NCBI GenBank assembly: GCA_965218095.1
Contig: OZ244587.1
Span: 1,888,001 to 1,952,000, forward strand
Reading direction: 5' to 3'
Source: Candidatus Poribacteria bacterium
GTDB lineage: Bacteria > Poribacteria > WGA-4E > PCPOR2b
DNA length: 64,000 nucleotides
Part shown: one piece after another, positions 51,831 through 63,262 of the stretch
Position numbering within the stretch: the first letter of the stretch is position 1
Layout: each line of letters starts with the position of its first letter
Made by a program: the position numbers and the translations under genes
Notes under the pieces: model-generated
The model's input: only the letters and a program-made list of their open reading frames with translations
Databases searched by the model: none
Told to the model about the DNA's origin: nothing

Positions 51831-54485
51831 TCACAGTGGTAGAGCAAAGTGAAACACCGAACCACTTCCAGGAACGCTCTCCGTCCATATCCCCCCGCCA
51901 TGTTGCAGCAAAATGTGCTTGGCAATCGACAGTCCGAGCCCCGTGCCTCCGCTTGCATCCCGATCAGAGATCGGGGCCATCTCACGCGAGCGCGCCTTAT
52001 CCACCCGGTAGAACCGTTCAAAAATTCGCGGCAGCGCGTCGGAGGGGATGCCGATTCCGGTATCTCTCACATGTACAATGACCTCAGATTCGCTGGCTTC
52101 TGCAAACACCGCGATGCAACCTCCCGCCGGCGTGTACTTAATCGCGTTGTCAATCAAGTTGACCAGAACTTGTCCAATAAGCCGTTTATCCGCAAGCAAG
52201 ACGGGCAGGTCGTCAGACGCCTCCCATTCAAACGTCAGATTGGATTCATCGAATGCGGCGCCAAAGAGGGTCAATATGGTATCTTGAAACTCTTTTATCT
52301 CGCAGAGTTCCAATTTAAGCACCACCTCTCCGGATTCAAGTCGAGACAAATCAAGGAGATCCGAGACCAATTGCGAAAGTTGTGACGACTGCTGGAGAAT
52401 CTTCTCCAAAAAGCGTTGGCTTGCGTCGGTGTCGTCCAAAGCGCCATTTAGCAGTGTTTCCGCATATCCCTGAATCGAGGTCAGCGGCGTGCGCATTTCG
52501 TGAGAAACGTTGGCGACGAAATCTACGCGAATCTGTTCTAATTTCCGCAACTGGCTTACATCGTGGAGACTTACCAGATACTCCCTACCAACAGGCACAA
52601 TAGTAATCTCTGTCTCGCCTTCCGTTATTCCCGCGAGGTTGATTTCCGCAAAGGCGGCTTCTTTTGTATCCGTTGCCTGCTCCAGGAGATGTCGCAAGGC
52701 TGGGGTATGGATGATTTCAATCAATGAACGCCCCTGGTAGTGAACAGGCAGATCCAGCATTGTGACCGCCGCCGAATTCGCATCAGTGATAGCAAACTGC
52801 TCATCAATCAGAAGGACACCCTCGATCATCTTCGATAGGATACTGTCCATCCGGTCGCGTTCCTGAGAGATTTCATGAATCTGCCCCTCAATGCGATCTG
52901 CCATCTGATTGAAATGGCGGGACAATTGCTCCAGTTCACCCGATGGTGTAACGGGAACTCGTGAGGTGAATTCACCCTCTGCAATTAATCTTGTGGCCTG
53001 GGTCAAGTCCCGAATCGGCTTCGTGGTAACTTCTGTGGTAATGATGCTGAACAAGATCGCGAAAACAAAGCCTGCACCGATTGCCAACAGTAGAAGCCAC
53101 CTGAGTTAATCGGTAGCCGTCTCAATTTCCTTCATTGGCAGCGCAACCCGACAGACGCCTATCAACTTCACTTGACGGCGGACCGGCAATGTAAGGTAAC
53201 GTAAGTTTGTTTTTACAGTAGTGCTATATCGATTGGCGATACCAGTCTCCCCCGACAGGGCGGTTTGTACCTCTGGACGATTTCGGTGGTTGTCCATTGC
53301 TCGTAAACTCTCCCCATCGCGCTCCGTATCTCCCCATACAATTCCGTCGCGCCCAATAAAGGTTAGACGCACATTACCCGTCATTCCCAGCCTATCCACA
53401 AAATTGTCTATGATGTCGTAACTATGGTAGATCTTAGAATTAATGGTACATTTGAATAATATCGTGAAGTGTGGTTTCGGGGTGATATTCTCGGTATCGC
53501 TTGATATTGGCAAAATCGTGTTCAATCGGATTGTAATCTGGAGAATAAGGCGGTAGGAACATCAGACTCGCTCCTGAAGCCTCTATCAACTCTCGGGTCC
53601 GAGGTGTTTTGTGAAGCCGCGCATTATCAAGGATTACAACCTGTTTTGAAGTCAAACGTGGACATAACTGTTCAGCTAACCAGTCATTGAAATCTACCGC
53701 TTTGCAGCTCCCTTTGAACACCCGTGCCGCAATAAGTGTCGCTGTCCGGGTGCGTTGGCTTGAGATAAGTCCAAAGACTTTTTCCCCTTTGGGTGCATAC
53801 CCATAACGTCTATAACTTTCGTCTCGAAACCCACTCTCATCGACATAAACAAAAGACTTACCAGAGGCTTTCACTTGTGCGAGTTGCTGAAGATACGCTT
53901 GTCGTTTTTCAGCGCATTGCTCCTTATATCCGAGACTTTTTTTTCGGGTGCAACCGATATTTTTCAGCCCATACCCGATACAAGACTTTGACACACCAAA
54001 ATGAGCTGCGCGCTCGGCGTAGGTCTGGTCTGGAAAATCAGCGACATGTTTTCTCAGCGCATCGGGGTCAAGGGTTCGCGGGCGACGGGGCCCTGGTTTC
54101 TGACGTTTGAGCGGGTCAGGCGCATTCAACCACTTATACAGCGTTGAGCGGGCGACGGAAAAACGGCGGCTCGCTTCGGTCTTGCCACCGCCAGCTACGA
54201 TAAAATCTAAGACGCGTTTGCGTAAATCTAAAGAATAGGCCATAATAACTATAGGATACCAGCAATATAAGAAAATGTCTACTTATTTATAGGGTTCGCC
54301 AGAAATGTGTCAGGCAGCATCTCCAGCAGAAATTCTCGTGTCAGATTTGCCTGTACCTTTAATTCCGTCGTGATTTGCTCACTCAGGTTCTGCTTCAATG
54401 AATGATCCAGATAACCATATATCGCCAGCAAAATGACCAGCACAATCCCCATATAATACAAAATCAATTTAGTTCGGATACTCAT
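51831..54485 (-). pseudogene. phoR: PhoR-like sensor kinase disrupted by IS630 and an in-frame TAA
   Basis: N-terminus MSIRTKL..DTF|SYD split by the IS; DS/T..MDNH.NRPEV sensor; TAA at 53106-08; HAMP, PAS, FVANVSHEMRTPL, ERFYRVDK. Confidence 0.85.
53425..54301 (-). mobile_element. IS630-family element, transposase 53440-54243
   Basis: MAYSLDLRKRV, YVDESG, ILDNA, LPPYSPDYNPIE; imperfect TIRs; inserted at a TA. Confidence 0.92.
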
Positions 54486-54679
54486 AATCAACTCATCCTT
54501 CTTTGGTCGCGTCTGATTCGTTAGGCAATCATTGATAAAAATGTGCGCATCGGTAACGAGGTGGTGCTTGTCAACAAGGATGTCATTCAACACGCTGATA
54601 CCAAAAATTATTCCATTCGCGACTATATCATCACGCTGTGATTCCATCGGGAACGGTGATATGATAGTTCAACAAAGTT

Positions 54680-55428
54680 GGCGTTGGGTGTGAACAACAA
54701 CAGCGGCTCGATCATCTGAAAGTTGGTCGGAAGAAATTGCCTTCGGACAGGGCTTACGCTTGAAGCGGTTGAACATCTAAAGCAGGCCGAAGCGGAGGAG
54801 ATAGATAAAATGGAGCCGCGAGCATTGTTAATCCTGGCTTACTCACATGCGCTTCCAACAAATAAATGATGCCCAATCGCACGGATTAAAACCAGAGTTC
54901 AAACGTGAACGAAGGCTGGCGGCGTTAGGGGAGAAGGAAGTGGAAAACATCCTTGAAATTCTGTCTGAACGTTCTCGCCTCCAAAAAGACGCAATGCAGA
55001 TACGAATCGACAAGAGAACTATCGCTGTTCCTGTACTCCTTGACGCGCTAGGCAAAGCCCAGTATCAAAACGTCCAAGGTGACATCATTGATATGTTGTA
55101 TGAAATCGGTCTTGAGGCGATTGACGCAATCGTCGCTGCGGTTCAGGACCTCAACACGTCAACTGCCGTGAAGATCGTGCTTGTTCGGCTAATCGGAAGG
55201 ATTGACGGGGGACGGGTTACTGGCGATTCAGAGACAATTCGCAATAGCACCGACGATGCCGGATTGGAGATGGAAATCAGCACAGCTCTCTACAAACTTG
55301 GGCAGACGGAATATCGGTCGGTGGTGGACTTACAACTGACCTACAACCTGGACCAATATTTTCAACACACAGAACAGAATGAACTGGTTAAAAGTGAGTT
55401 GAGACGTCTTCTTTTTGGGCTAGAATAA
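54680..55428 (+). pseudogene. Frameshifted HEAT-repeat-like (lipo)protein
   Basis: Coding-like pieces upstream (GVGCEQQ.., EAVEHLKQAE..) lie in other frames than the 54847 ORF; AVPVLLDALG. Confidence 0.5.
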
Positions 55429-55429
55429 G

Positions 55430-57058
55430 TCAAACTAATCGTTTATCCCTCAGATCCACTGTCAGATCCTTCACTTCCCGAATTATCTCTTTTTCTTTTT
55501 GGGCGAGTCCGTCAAAAAGTGCGGGAACAGTGACATCTTTCGTCTTTTCCGCGTAACGATCCGGAGTGATTCCCAGATATTTAACGGAAAGGTAATATTC
55601 TGGGTCTTGCCTCGTCACGGCGCCATCAAGAATATTTCCAGTTTCCCGCTTTCCATAGCTAACAGTGTAGCACCTGCCTGTTTTCTGGTTGACAACCGTA
55701 TACCCGCCCTCATCAATAGTCTCGTTCCAGCATTTCTCAAAACCACTTGCCGGCATCCTATCTCTCAGGTCTTGAGCGGAACGGATAACGACCTTTTCAT
55801 GAATTGGCTCTCTTATGACAATCAAGCCATCGTCTTTCACCCGCTGCGGGGATGGACCTTGCATCAGATACACGTTATCTACAGTATACACTACACCATT
55901 TTTTATGCCCTTTGCCAGGTTGAGATGTCTCTCGACAATATCCTCATTGAAGGGATGGAGCTGGTATTGGCCATTCGCGCTTAAAACCCACCGTAATTTT
56001 CTTCGGTATTCGATATCAGCAAACCTGTCATTTGGGAGGGGTACCGCTACCTTTAGATCGTAACCCACAAACAGGTCATTTGTCAGATTTAATCGAGATT
56101 CTCGTGTATCTGCCAAAAGCGTTAATCCGGTCTGACTTTTGGAGAGGACTCGACCAATGAGGCTACCCCGTCGTAATGCGCGGATTTCTTGAGAGATTAA
56201 TGCCAGCGTTTGCGGGGCCATATCCTCAACCATAATCTTATGTTCCCACCTTGTGCCTCTCTCGTGGGCAAGGAGTTGAAATTGTTGGGTGTCACCATCT
56301 GACCGAATATACCCGAGTACGGTCCACGGGTCAAAGGTGGTGCGGTATCCATCCGCTGCTCGCGAAACTGCACCCGCGAGGACGCAATCCCGTCTTTCAT
56401 ATCGTGAATATACCTCAAATTGAAATTCCAAATGGTTAAACGATTCTAATGTTTCTGAGAGATCTCTGGCAAACTCATCTCCACTGGGAAAGGGTTTAAA
56501 AATCGCTGCTGTTTGGGAAGGGTGGTTCAGGGCATCAAGAAATTTTCCGATTGGAATCCCCTCTATACCAAATCCCTGACCGAAGATCTTGGTTTTGGTT
56601 TTAAAAGGCGGTTGCCGCAAAAATAAATCGCGTTGCGAGACAAGCTGTAATGCCGGGTCTTCAGACAAATCTTCTATGGTAGAGGCATCTCCGAAAACCC
56701 TTTCTTGCAGCGTATTATCTACGCTTTTAGTCAGCTCGGTGCCTTGTTTGAGCTCCGCAAAATGGACGATGTCATTTACGGTATAACGAAGTGGCGCGCT
56801 GGAAGAGAGGTTGTCATAGTTAGAACGGTGGAACCGTATTCTTGGCTTAATCCGAAGGACAGGGATGAGACCGTAATCTCTCAATAAAGCATACAAAGTG
56901 ACTGTATAAGATTCGGCATGTATTTTTCGTTCTAAAATTCCATTTTGTGCAGGAATTTCCCTGGCTAAACCGTCTCCTCGAATTAAGTGTTCCTGGACGG
57001 AATCGCTGTCATTTCCAAAGATGATCATTCGGTGTTCTTCTCTGCTATCGTCTATCAT
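55430..57058 (-). CDS. VTC/CYTH-fold-like protein with a second, degenerate CYTH-like domain
   Basis: Ordered motifs ERK, AELK, YERR, RTTFD, EHK, SKS; GGAGGTG RBS. Confidence 0.6.
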   Translation of the reverse strand: MIDDSREEHRMIIFGNDSDSVQEHLIRGDGLAREIPAQNGILERKIHAESYTVTLYALLRDYGLIPVLRIKPRIRFHRSNYDNLSSSAPLRYTVNDIVHFAELKQGTELTKSVDNTLQERVFGDASTIEDLSEDPALQLVSQRDLFLRQPPFKTKTKIFGQGFGIEGIPIGKFLDALNHPSQTAAIFKPFPSGDEFARDLSETLESFNHLEFQFEVYSRYERRDCVLAGAVSRAADGYRTTFDPWTVLGYIRSDGDTQQFQLLAHERGTRWEHKIMVEDMAPQTLALISQEIRALRRGSLIGRVLSKSQTGLTLLADTRESRLNLTNDLFVGYDLKVAVPLPNDRFADIEYRRKLRWVLSANGQYQLHPFNEDIVERHLNLAKGIKNGVVYTVDNVYLMQGPSPQRVKDDGLIVIREPIHEKVVIRSAQDLRDRMPASGFEKCWNETIDEGGYTVVNQKTGRCYTVSYGKRETGNILDGAVTRQDPEYYLSVKYLGITPDRYAEKTKDVTVPALFDGLAQKEKEIIREVKDLTVDLRDKRLV

Positions 57059-57125
57059 CAATGGACACCTCCACTATTGAAAATCAGTAATATATTGAAA
57101 TCGAGAGAAATTATACCATGAAAAT

Positions 57126-57872
57126 CTAAAATGATAAAGTCAAGTTAACTTCTTTCCATAAATTCTGATATGACTTTGAGTCCATGGATTCGGGTGCAAA
57201 AACTATAACCGGCTCTCGCTCAATTCCCATTTTTTCGACGTGTGATAGATAAGGAATAGAACTCTGTAAAACACCATCGAATTCCTTCAACACTGTAGCC
57301 ATGAATTCATTGTGCATCTTTTTGCGCCTGTCAGCCATCGAAAAGAAAGTGTAAAACTTACCTGTGTCGTATTTATTCTTTTTGAGGAAAGAGAGTAATT
57401 GCTTATGACTTCGCACGGACAATGTCGTCGGAATCAGGGGAACAAGGATGTAATCGGCGGCGTTGAATATATTCTCTGCCAGGAGGCTGATGGTGGACGG
57501 ACAGTCCAGAATAATCAAATCATATTCGTCTCGGAGCGGATTCAAGATTTTATCCAGTCGCTGTTTTGAGCGCTTCACTTTATCAAAAGTGACAGCTAGA
57601 TTACGATGCGTGAAATCCGCTGGCAGTAAATCTAACTTTTCATAATCCGTGCCTTTGATACTTCTTTCAATGTGCTTCCCGCCCTTAATGAACCCCTTTG
57701 CTCGGGACTTGAGCTTGGGTTTGACTCGAAAATAATATGTTGTCGAACTTTGCGGATCCAGATCGCAGATGAGGGTTTTAATACCTGCCTGCGCTGCCAG
57801 AAAAGATAAATTGACGGCTGCCGCGGTTTTTCCGACTCCACCCTTATTACTATAGACTGCAAGCGTTTTCAT
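57126..57872 (-). CDS. ParA/MinD-family ATPase
   Basis: KGGVGKT, DLDPQ, ILDCP; ATG overlaps the CHAD gene stop region. Confidence 0.92.
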   Translation of the reverse strand: MKTLAVYSNKGGVGKTAAAVNLSFLAAQAGIKTLICDLDPQSSTTYYFRVKPKLKSRAKGFIKGGKHIERSIKGTDYEKLDLLPADFTHRNLAVTFDKVKRSKQRLDKILNPLRDEYDLIILDCPSTISLLAENIFNAADYILVPLIPTTLSVRSHKQLLSFLKKNKYDTGKFYTFFSMADRRKKMHNEFMATVLKEFDGVLQSSIPYLSHVEKMGIEREPVIVFAPESMDSKSYQNLWKEVNLTLSF

Positions 57873-59440
57873 CAAACCACCTTTCCCTTTTTGGCGGTGA
57901 ACAGTTCCCGACATAACTTTTTATTTGAAGGCGATGTGAAATCAGTGAAAATATTCGAAAATGAGTCCTTCAAGATCTGGCTTTCTTCGTCCAGCTTTCC
58001 AATCAGGCTGCCGATTGCCAAAATGGTGCTTCTGGACTGGGGGTCGATTATCGTCAGTTCTTCAGCGATGTGCGTGAGATATTCCTTCTGAACACGCAGA
58101 TTATTATAGTCGCCCAGGTTATCCTGCAATCTCTTTAATTGCTTAATCAAGATCGAGATTTTATCGTCGGGGAAAAGACTGGAAAAGAACTCCATCAGAT
58201 ACCGTAGTTTTTTACATTCGATTCTCAATTCGTGTAGTCGTCCATCCGTCGCGTTTTCAAGAATTTGGGCGCCAGTTTTTACAACCATCCGGTATACTTT
58301 ATAAATTCTTCTGCGTGCCAGGTCAATTGCTGGCACGTCAGCATTAGGTGCCCTTGGGGAATTCTCCGGCGGTTGGTTTAAGAATGTTTCCCAATCTTCC
58401 AAGATTTCTGAATATTGTTCGGAATTCAAGCCATTAGTGACGTCTTCTAACGCCTTAGACCGTTTTCCTCGTAAAAAGTCGAACAAGGGATCGATTTCGT
58501 CGCGCAAGGTCGCGGGGAGCATCGCTTTGTAGGCTTTCTCTGTAAGGAGGTAGACATCTAAATCCCGCAACAGATTTGAAAGTTTACCCAGTAAAGAAAA
58601 ATCTCTCCGAAATCGGTCGGTTGTTTCTGTTGGAAAGACATCTTTAATCTGACTTAAAGCGGAACGGGTACGGCGAATAGCGACGCGAAAATCATGCAAA
58701 AACTCTGTGTCGAGGTCTGCCTTGATGTAATTTTCATTGATTTTGATGGCTTTCAATAGAAAGCGCAGAATCACTTTAGCCGCTTCATCCGCACGCATAT
58801 CAGGGTCAAGTTGTAGCCTTAATTTTAAAGAATAATCGCCAGGCGTTTTATTGACGGTCTCAAGGGCCTTGAAATATATCTCATCTGTTTTGATTGTCGT
58901 AAATCCCAGTTCCTCAAGTTGGTTGACCAACTTTCGATAATATTTCGGATACCCCCTGACAGGTTTCAAGCATAGATGGGCAGCCAACATCGGCGTATGT
59001 GCTTGATGGGGCGGTCGAATTTCTTCATAGACGAATCGCACCACGGTTTTTTCATCTTGATTCAAAATGCGATAAGAAGTTGATTGAGAATGTATTTCAG
59101 CGAGTTTCAGAAGCGCCCGCATTTCTATGATTGGTGCCAACAACTCTTTGAATTCGCCATCAGGAAAATCCCATAGGAAAACAGGTTGAGAAGTGATTTT
59201 GCCATTCTGGATAATCGTGAGTCCGGACAATCGGCGCAGAATGAGATCGCTTTCGGAGGCATACAACACAAGCAATTTATTGAATAGCCGCCAGTCAAAT
59301 GTATCGTAGATGGCGAAACTCGCCGCAGTGAATGCCTCTCTTCTGACTAAATAATGGTTCGCCAATTCGCTAATGATTCGCCCCTCATCATACCCATCTG
59401 GTAACCTGAGTGGGACTTCATGAGGCTCTGTTTTCACCAT
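57872..59440 (-). CDS. CHAD-domain protein with a CYTH-like N-terminus
   Basis: YDTFDWRL; LHDFRVAIRRTRS, RDLDV, LHELRIECKKLRY, LQDNLG. Confidence 0.92.
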   Translation of the reverse strand: MVKTEPHEVPLRLPDGYDEGRIISELANHYLVRREAFTAASFAIYDTFDWRLFNKLLVLYASESDLILRRLSGLTIIQNGKITSQPVFLWDFPDGEFKELLAPIIEMRALLKLAEIHSQSTSYRILNQDEKTVVRFVYEEIRPPHQAHTPMLAAHLCLKPVRGYPKYYRKLVNQLEELGFTTIKTDEIYFKALETVNKTPGDYSLKLRLQLDPDMRADEAAKVILRFLLKAIKINENYIKADLDTEFLHDFRVAIRRTRSALSQIKDVFPTETTDRFRRDFSLLGKLSNLLRDLDVYLLTEKAYKAMLPATLRDEIDPLFDFLRGKRSKALEDVTNGLNSEQYSEILEDWETFLNQPPENSPRAPNADVPAIDLARRRIYKVYRMVVKTGAQILENATDGRLHELRIECKKLRYLMEFFSSLFPDDKISILIKQLKRLQDNLGDYNNLRVQKEYLTHIAEELTIIDPQSRSTILAIGSLIGKLDEESQILKDSFSNIFTDFTSPSNKKLCRELFTAKKGKVV

Positions 59441-59775
59441 GAAAGCTCCTTGAAATTCGGTTGATTGTCTGTCTTTCTACTCAGCCCTCAACTTACGACG
59501 ATTTTTGCATGTCTGCACACCCTCATTTTCGATATGGGCTTCCCTCTTATGATTGATTTGATAAGGGGTAAGATTCTACTATTGTGATTTCTCTTTGTCA
59601 GCAGATTTTGTGACACGTAAAGTGTCCTATGGTGCGTACGCAATGCGACTGGGATTCTTCAAATTTATACCAATGCCCCTACTGGGGGATGATTGGCTCC
59701 GAGGCATGGAGAAAAGTGCACCCAAATCGGCTCTGACATTGAGGGATTTCGATTTGCCACAAAAAAGCTGAGAGA

Positions 59776-59809
59776 ATGTCAAAATTTTGTAACATCCTCA
59801 AATTATACT
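59776..59809 (+). promoter_or_regulatory. Pho-box-like promoter, copy 1
   Basis: TGTCA-N6-TGTAA direct repeat 10 bp upstream of TATACT; in-phase TGCCA 22 bp upstream. Confidence 0.65.
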
Positions 59810-60003
59810 TTTGTGATTTCTCTTTGTCAACAGATTTTGTGACAAGAAAGTGTCCTATGGTGCGTACGCAATGCGACTAGGATTCTTCAAATTTATACCA
59901 ATGCCCCTACTGGGGGATGATTGGCTCCGAGGCATGGAGAAAAGTGCACCCAAATCGGCTCTGACATTGAGGGATTTCGATTTGCCACAAAAAAGCTGAG
60001 AGA

Positions 60004-60037
60004 ATGTCAAAATTTTGTAACATCCTCAAATTATACT
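60004..60037 (+). promoter_or_regulatory. Pho-box-like promoter, copy 2
   Basis: Same as copy 1; upstream of the TonB-dependent receptor. Confidence 0.65.
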
Positions 60038-60155
60038 TTTGTTTGTCATGATCAAGATGCAAGATTCAGACTCAGTTAGCGTTGTAGGTCGAGATTCCGA
60101 TCTCAACAGAATTAAAGAAACAGTTTCATACTTACTTGAAAGAAGAAAGACATCA

Positions 60156-62966
60156 ATGAAGTGGTTGCTTTTGTGTGCCTTTGTTGCGCGGCTTTGCGTG
60201 CCATTAACACTCACTGCGCAACAAGCCGGAAGAATTGAAGGGATGATTATCGATCAAGCGACGGAAGCGCCGATAGCAGGTGCAATTGTCATATTGAGCG
60301 CCACCAAACAGCGCGTATCAACGGATGGGGACGGGATGTTTATTCTCGAAGTACCCTTAGGCATGTACAACATCAGCGTCAGATTTCCTTTCTATCTCAC
60401 GCAGACAGTATCTGGAATTGAGGTCACCGAAGCACAGCCGACGCAGACCCTCCGTGTCGTCCTCATACCTCAAGTAATTAAGCTAGATCCTGTACACCTC
60501 CCCCTCCTTTTGAGTCAATCGAGTGAAGTCGGTCTTTTGGAGAAACGGCGACAGAGCTTTGTGGTTGAATATAGTATCAGCACGGAATTGATGGGCAAGC
60601 TCCCCGTTTCGGATGCCGGGGACGCGCTGAAACGGGTCACTGGCATCAGCATCGGCGGCGGGCAATATGTTTATGTACGCGGACTTGGAGAACGCTACAG
60701 TAACACTTTATTGAACAGTATCCAGATTCCAAGCCCTGAGCCAAATCGTCGGGTTGTGCCGATGGATATCTTTCCCGTCAATCTCCTAGAAAGTCTCCAG
60801 ACCGTCAAGACTTTTTCTCCCGATCAGCCGGGCAACTTCGCAGGCGGTTCAGTACAAGTTTTCACCAAAGACTTCCCGGAAGCCTTCACCACGTCGCTAT
60901 CAATGTCCATCAGCTTCAACACAGAAACGACGGGAAAGGATGTGCTGGCATATCCAGGTGGGGATTTAGACGCGCTTGGGTTTGATGACGGTACACGAGC
61001 GCTCCCCGATATTATTGCAGATAACGTGGAAGACACCCCCATCCGCGAACGAGGGCGTTTTACAACGAGCGGATTTACACCGAAAGAAATTCAGACATTT
61101 GGCAGAGCCTTTGACAACACCTGGTCGCCACAAAGGGATGAGGCGCAAGCCAATCAGGGTTACAAGTTCAACATTGGGAACACCACCCGACTCGCCGGAA
61201 AAGAATTCGGATATCTCGGCGTGATCTCGTACGGCAATGGTCATAGTTATCGCGCAGAAGAAGAACGCAATGCGTTTAGACTCGGTTTGAATGATGAACT
61301 CACGCCGGTGACTGCATATCTGGTGGAACGAAGCGCAAACGATGTCAGTTGGGGCGGGGTGCTGAACACAAGCATGCGCTTTTTGCCCGGACACAAGATG
61401 AGTGTGAGGACGCTCTATAGCCATACCGCCGAGGATGAAACGCGAACTTGGGAGGGATTCAATGCAGACCGTAATACCGACATGCGAAGTTCGCGTCTGC
61501 TCTATGTTGAGCGCGGACTCTTCTCGGGGCAACTCGCCGGCGACCACGGATTCAGATCGGAACTGGAAGCCGCGGAAGAAAGCGATGCAGAATCTGGTTT
61601 CAAACCTGCGCCAACACTGTCCTGGCGTTTGACGTTCTCTCGCGCAACGCGGAACGAGCCTGACACCCGTGAGATGGTCTATGAAAAACGCGGCGATGAC
61701 TGGTTCTTCCGTGACATTACCTAGAGCGGCAGTCGGTTCTTCTTTGATCTGAAGGACGACGACATCAGCAGCAGACTAGATTGGTCAATGCCGTTGGGTT
61801 CAAAAGGATTATTCAAAACAGGTGGAATGTGGCGCGATCGGGACAGAACCTTTGATGCCCATCGATTTCGGTTTCTGCCATTTGACAACGTTGACCGACT
61901 TGTAGATCTTTCCGTGCCGCCGGAAGCACTTTTTCAGATCGAGAATATCGCCCCTCGTGTTTTTGAACTTCGCGAGTCTACGCGGGCAACAGACAATTAC
62001 CTCGCTGCCCACGATGTGTGGGCTGGCTATGCCATGATCGATTTGCCTTTGTCAAAGAAGTTTCGTTTGACAGCCGGCGCTCGGCTGGAAGTCTCCGATC
62101 AGAACGTCACAACCTTTGACCCTTTCTCCCCTCAGGCAACGCCGATTGTTGCGGATTTGGACACAACCGATATTCTGCCAAGTCTGAATTTGACATACCG
62201 ACTGACAGACCAGATGAATCTTCGCCTGGCGAGGTCACGCACGGTGACACGACCAGACCTTCGGGAGCTTGCGCCCTTCGAATTTACGGACTTCGTCGGC
62301 GGCCGGACGATTTTCGGCAATCCAAACCTTGAGCGAACCTTGATTGACAACTACGATCTCCGCTGGGAGGTCTTCCCGGAATTGGGCGGGGTCGTGGCAA
62401 TCAGTGGGTTCTATAAAAAATTCCACAAACCGATTGAGCAGATTATCCAACCGGCGGCGGAAGTTCGGATTACCTACGAAAACGCAGAAGCTGCACGCAA
62501 TTATGGGGTTGAATTAGAATTACGCCAAAACTTGAGCGTCCTCTATTCGAGACTTCAGCACTTCTCTGTCAACACCAATGTCGCTTTCATCTCTTCGAGA
62601 GTTGAGTTGCCTGACGTTGGTATTCAGACCTCTTCCGAGCGTGCGCTTCAAGGTCAGTCGCCCTATGTTGTGAACGCAACCCTCGGTTATGACAACCCTG
62701 ATTGGGGAATAACCGCCGCACTTGCTTATCACGTCTTCGGGCATTGGATTGCAGAGGTAGGAAACCATGGCAATCCGGATGTGTTCGAGACGCCGCGTTC
62801 CCAATTGGACACGACATTTGGGAGACAACTGCTCCCATTTCTTCTTTTCAGTTTTTCAGCAAAGAATTTGCTGAATCCTGACGTCACCTTAGAACAAGGT
62901 GGCGAAACTTACGTGCACTATCGCACAGGTCGGACATTTTCGTTCGGCCTGAGTTACAGTCTCTGA
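60156..62966 (+). pseudogene. TonB-dependent receptor with one in-frame TAG (61722-24)
   Basis: Signal peptide, carboxypeptidase-like domain, plug ALKRVTG..YVRGLGERY; frame continues after the stop; ends FGLSYSL. Confidence 0.88.
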
Positions 62967-63100
62967 TTAAATCAGGGAACAGAGAGGCAGGAAACTGAAT
63001 GTCTCCTTGAGTCCGTGCATCTTTGCATTGATTGTTTTTGTTCCGTCGGTGAGGCAGTGTCCCACCGTCTTATACCAATTTGCACTAAAGCGGGTAATTT

Positions 63101-63186
63101 CTGTCATTCTGAGGCTTTGCGAAGAATCTGACTCAGAGATCCTTCGCGCAGTTTATCCCGATCGCAGATTGGGACTCAGGATGACA
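63101..63186. repeat. REP-like palindromic element
   Basis: TGTCATTCTGAG...GAAGAATCT...AGATCCTTCG...CTCAGGATGACA nested inverted repeats. Confidence 0.7.
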
Positions 63187-63262
63187 AGCGAAAGTTACTT
63201 CCTAAAACGCAAAATGGTATTACTACACCAAAAATCTAAACAAAAATAAGGAGTTCAATTCA

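Larger units (their letters stand above)
59582..60038. repeat. Tandem duplication of ~229 bp (59582-59810; 59811-60038)
   Basis: Two nearly identical copies differing at a few positions. Confidence 0.95.

Noticed and set aside
57126-57872. Plasmid or chromosome partition locus
   Set aside because: No parB, parS or rep; the gene is coupled to CHAD.
59582-60038. CRISPR array
   Set aside because: Two long contiguous copies with no spacers, and no cas genes.
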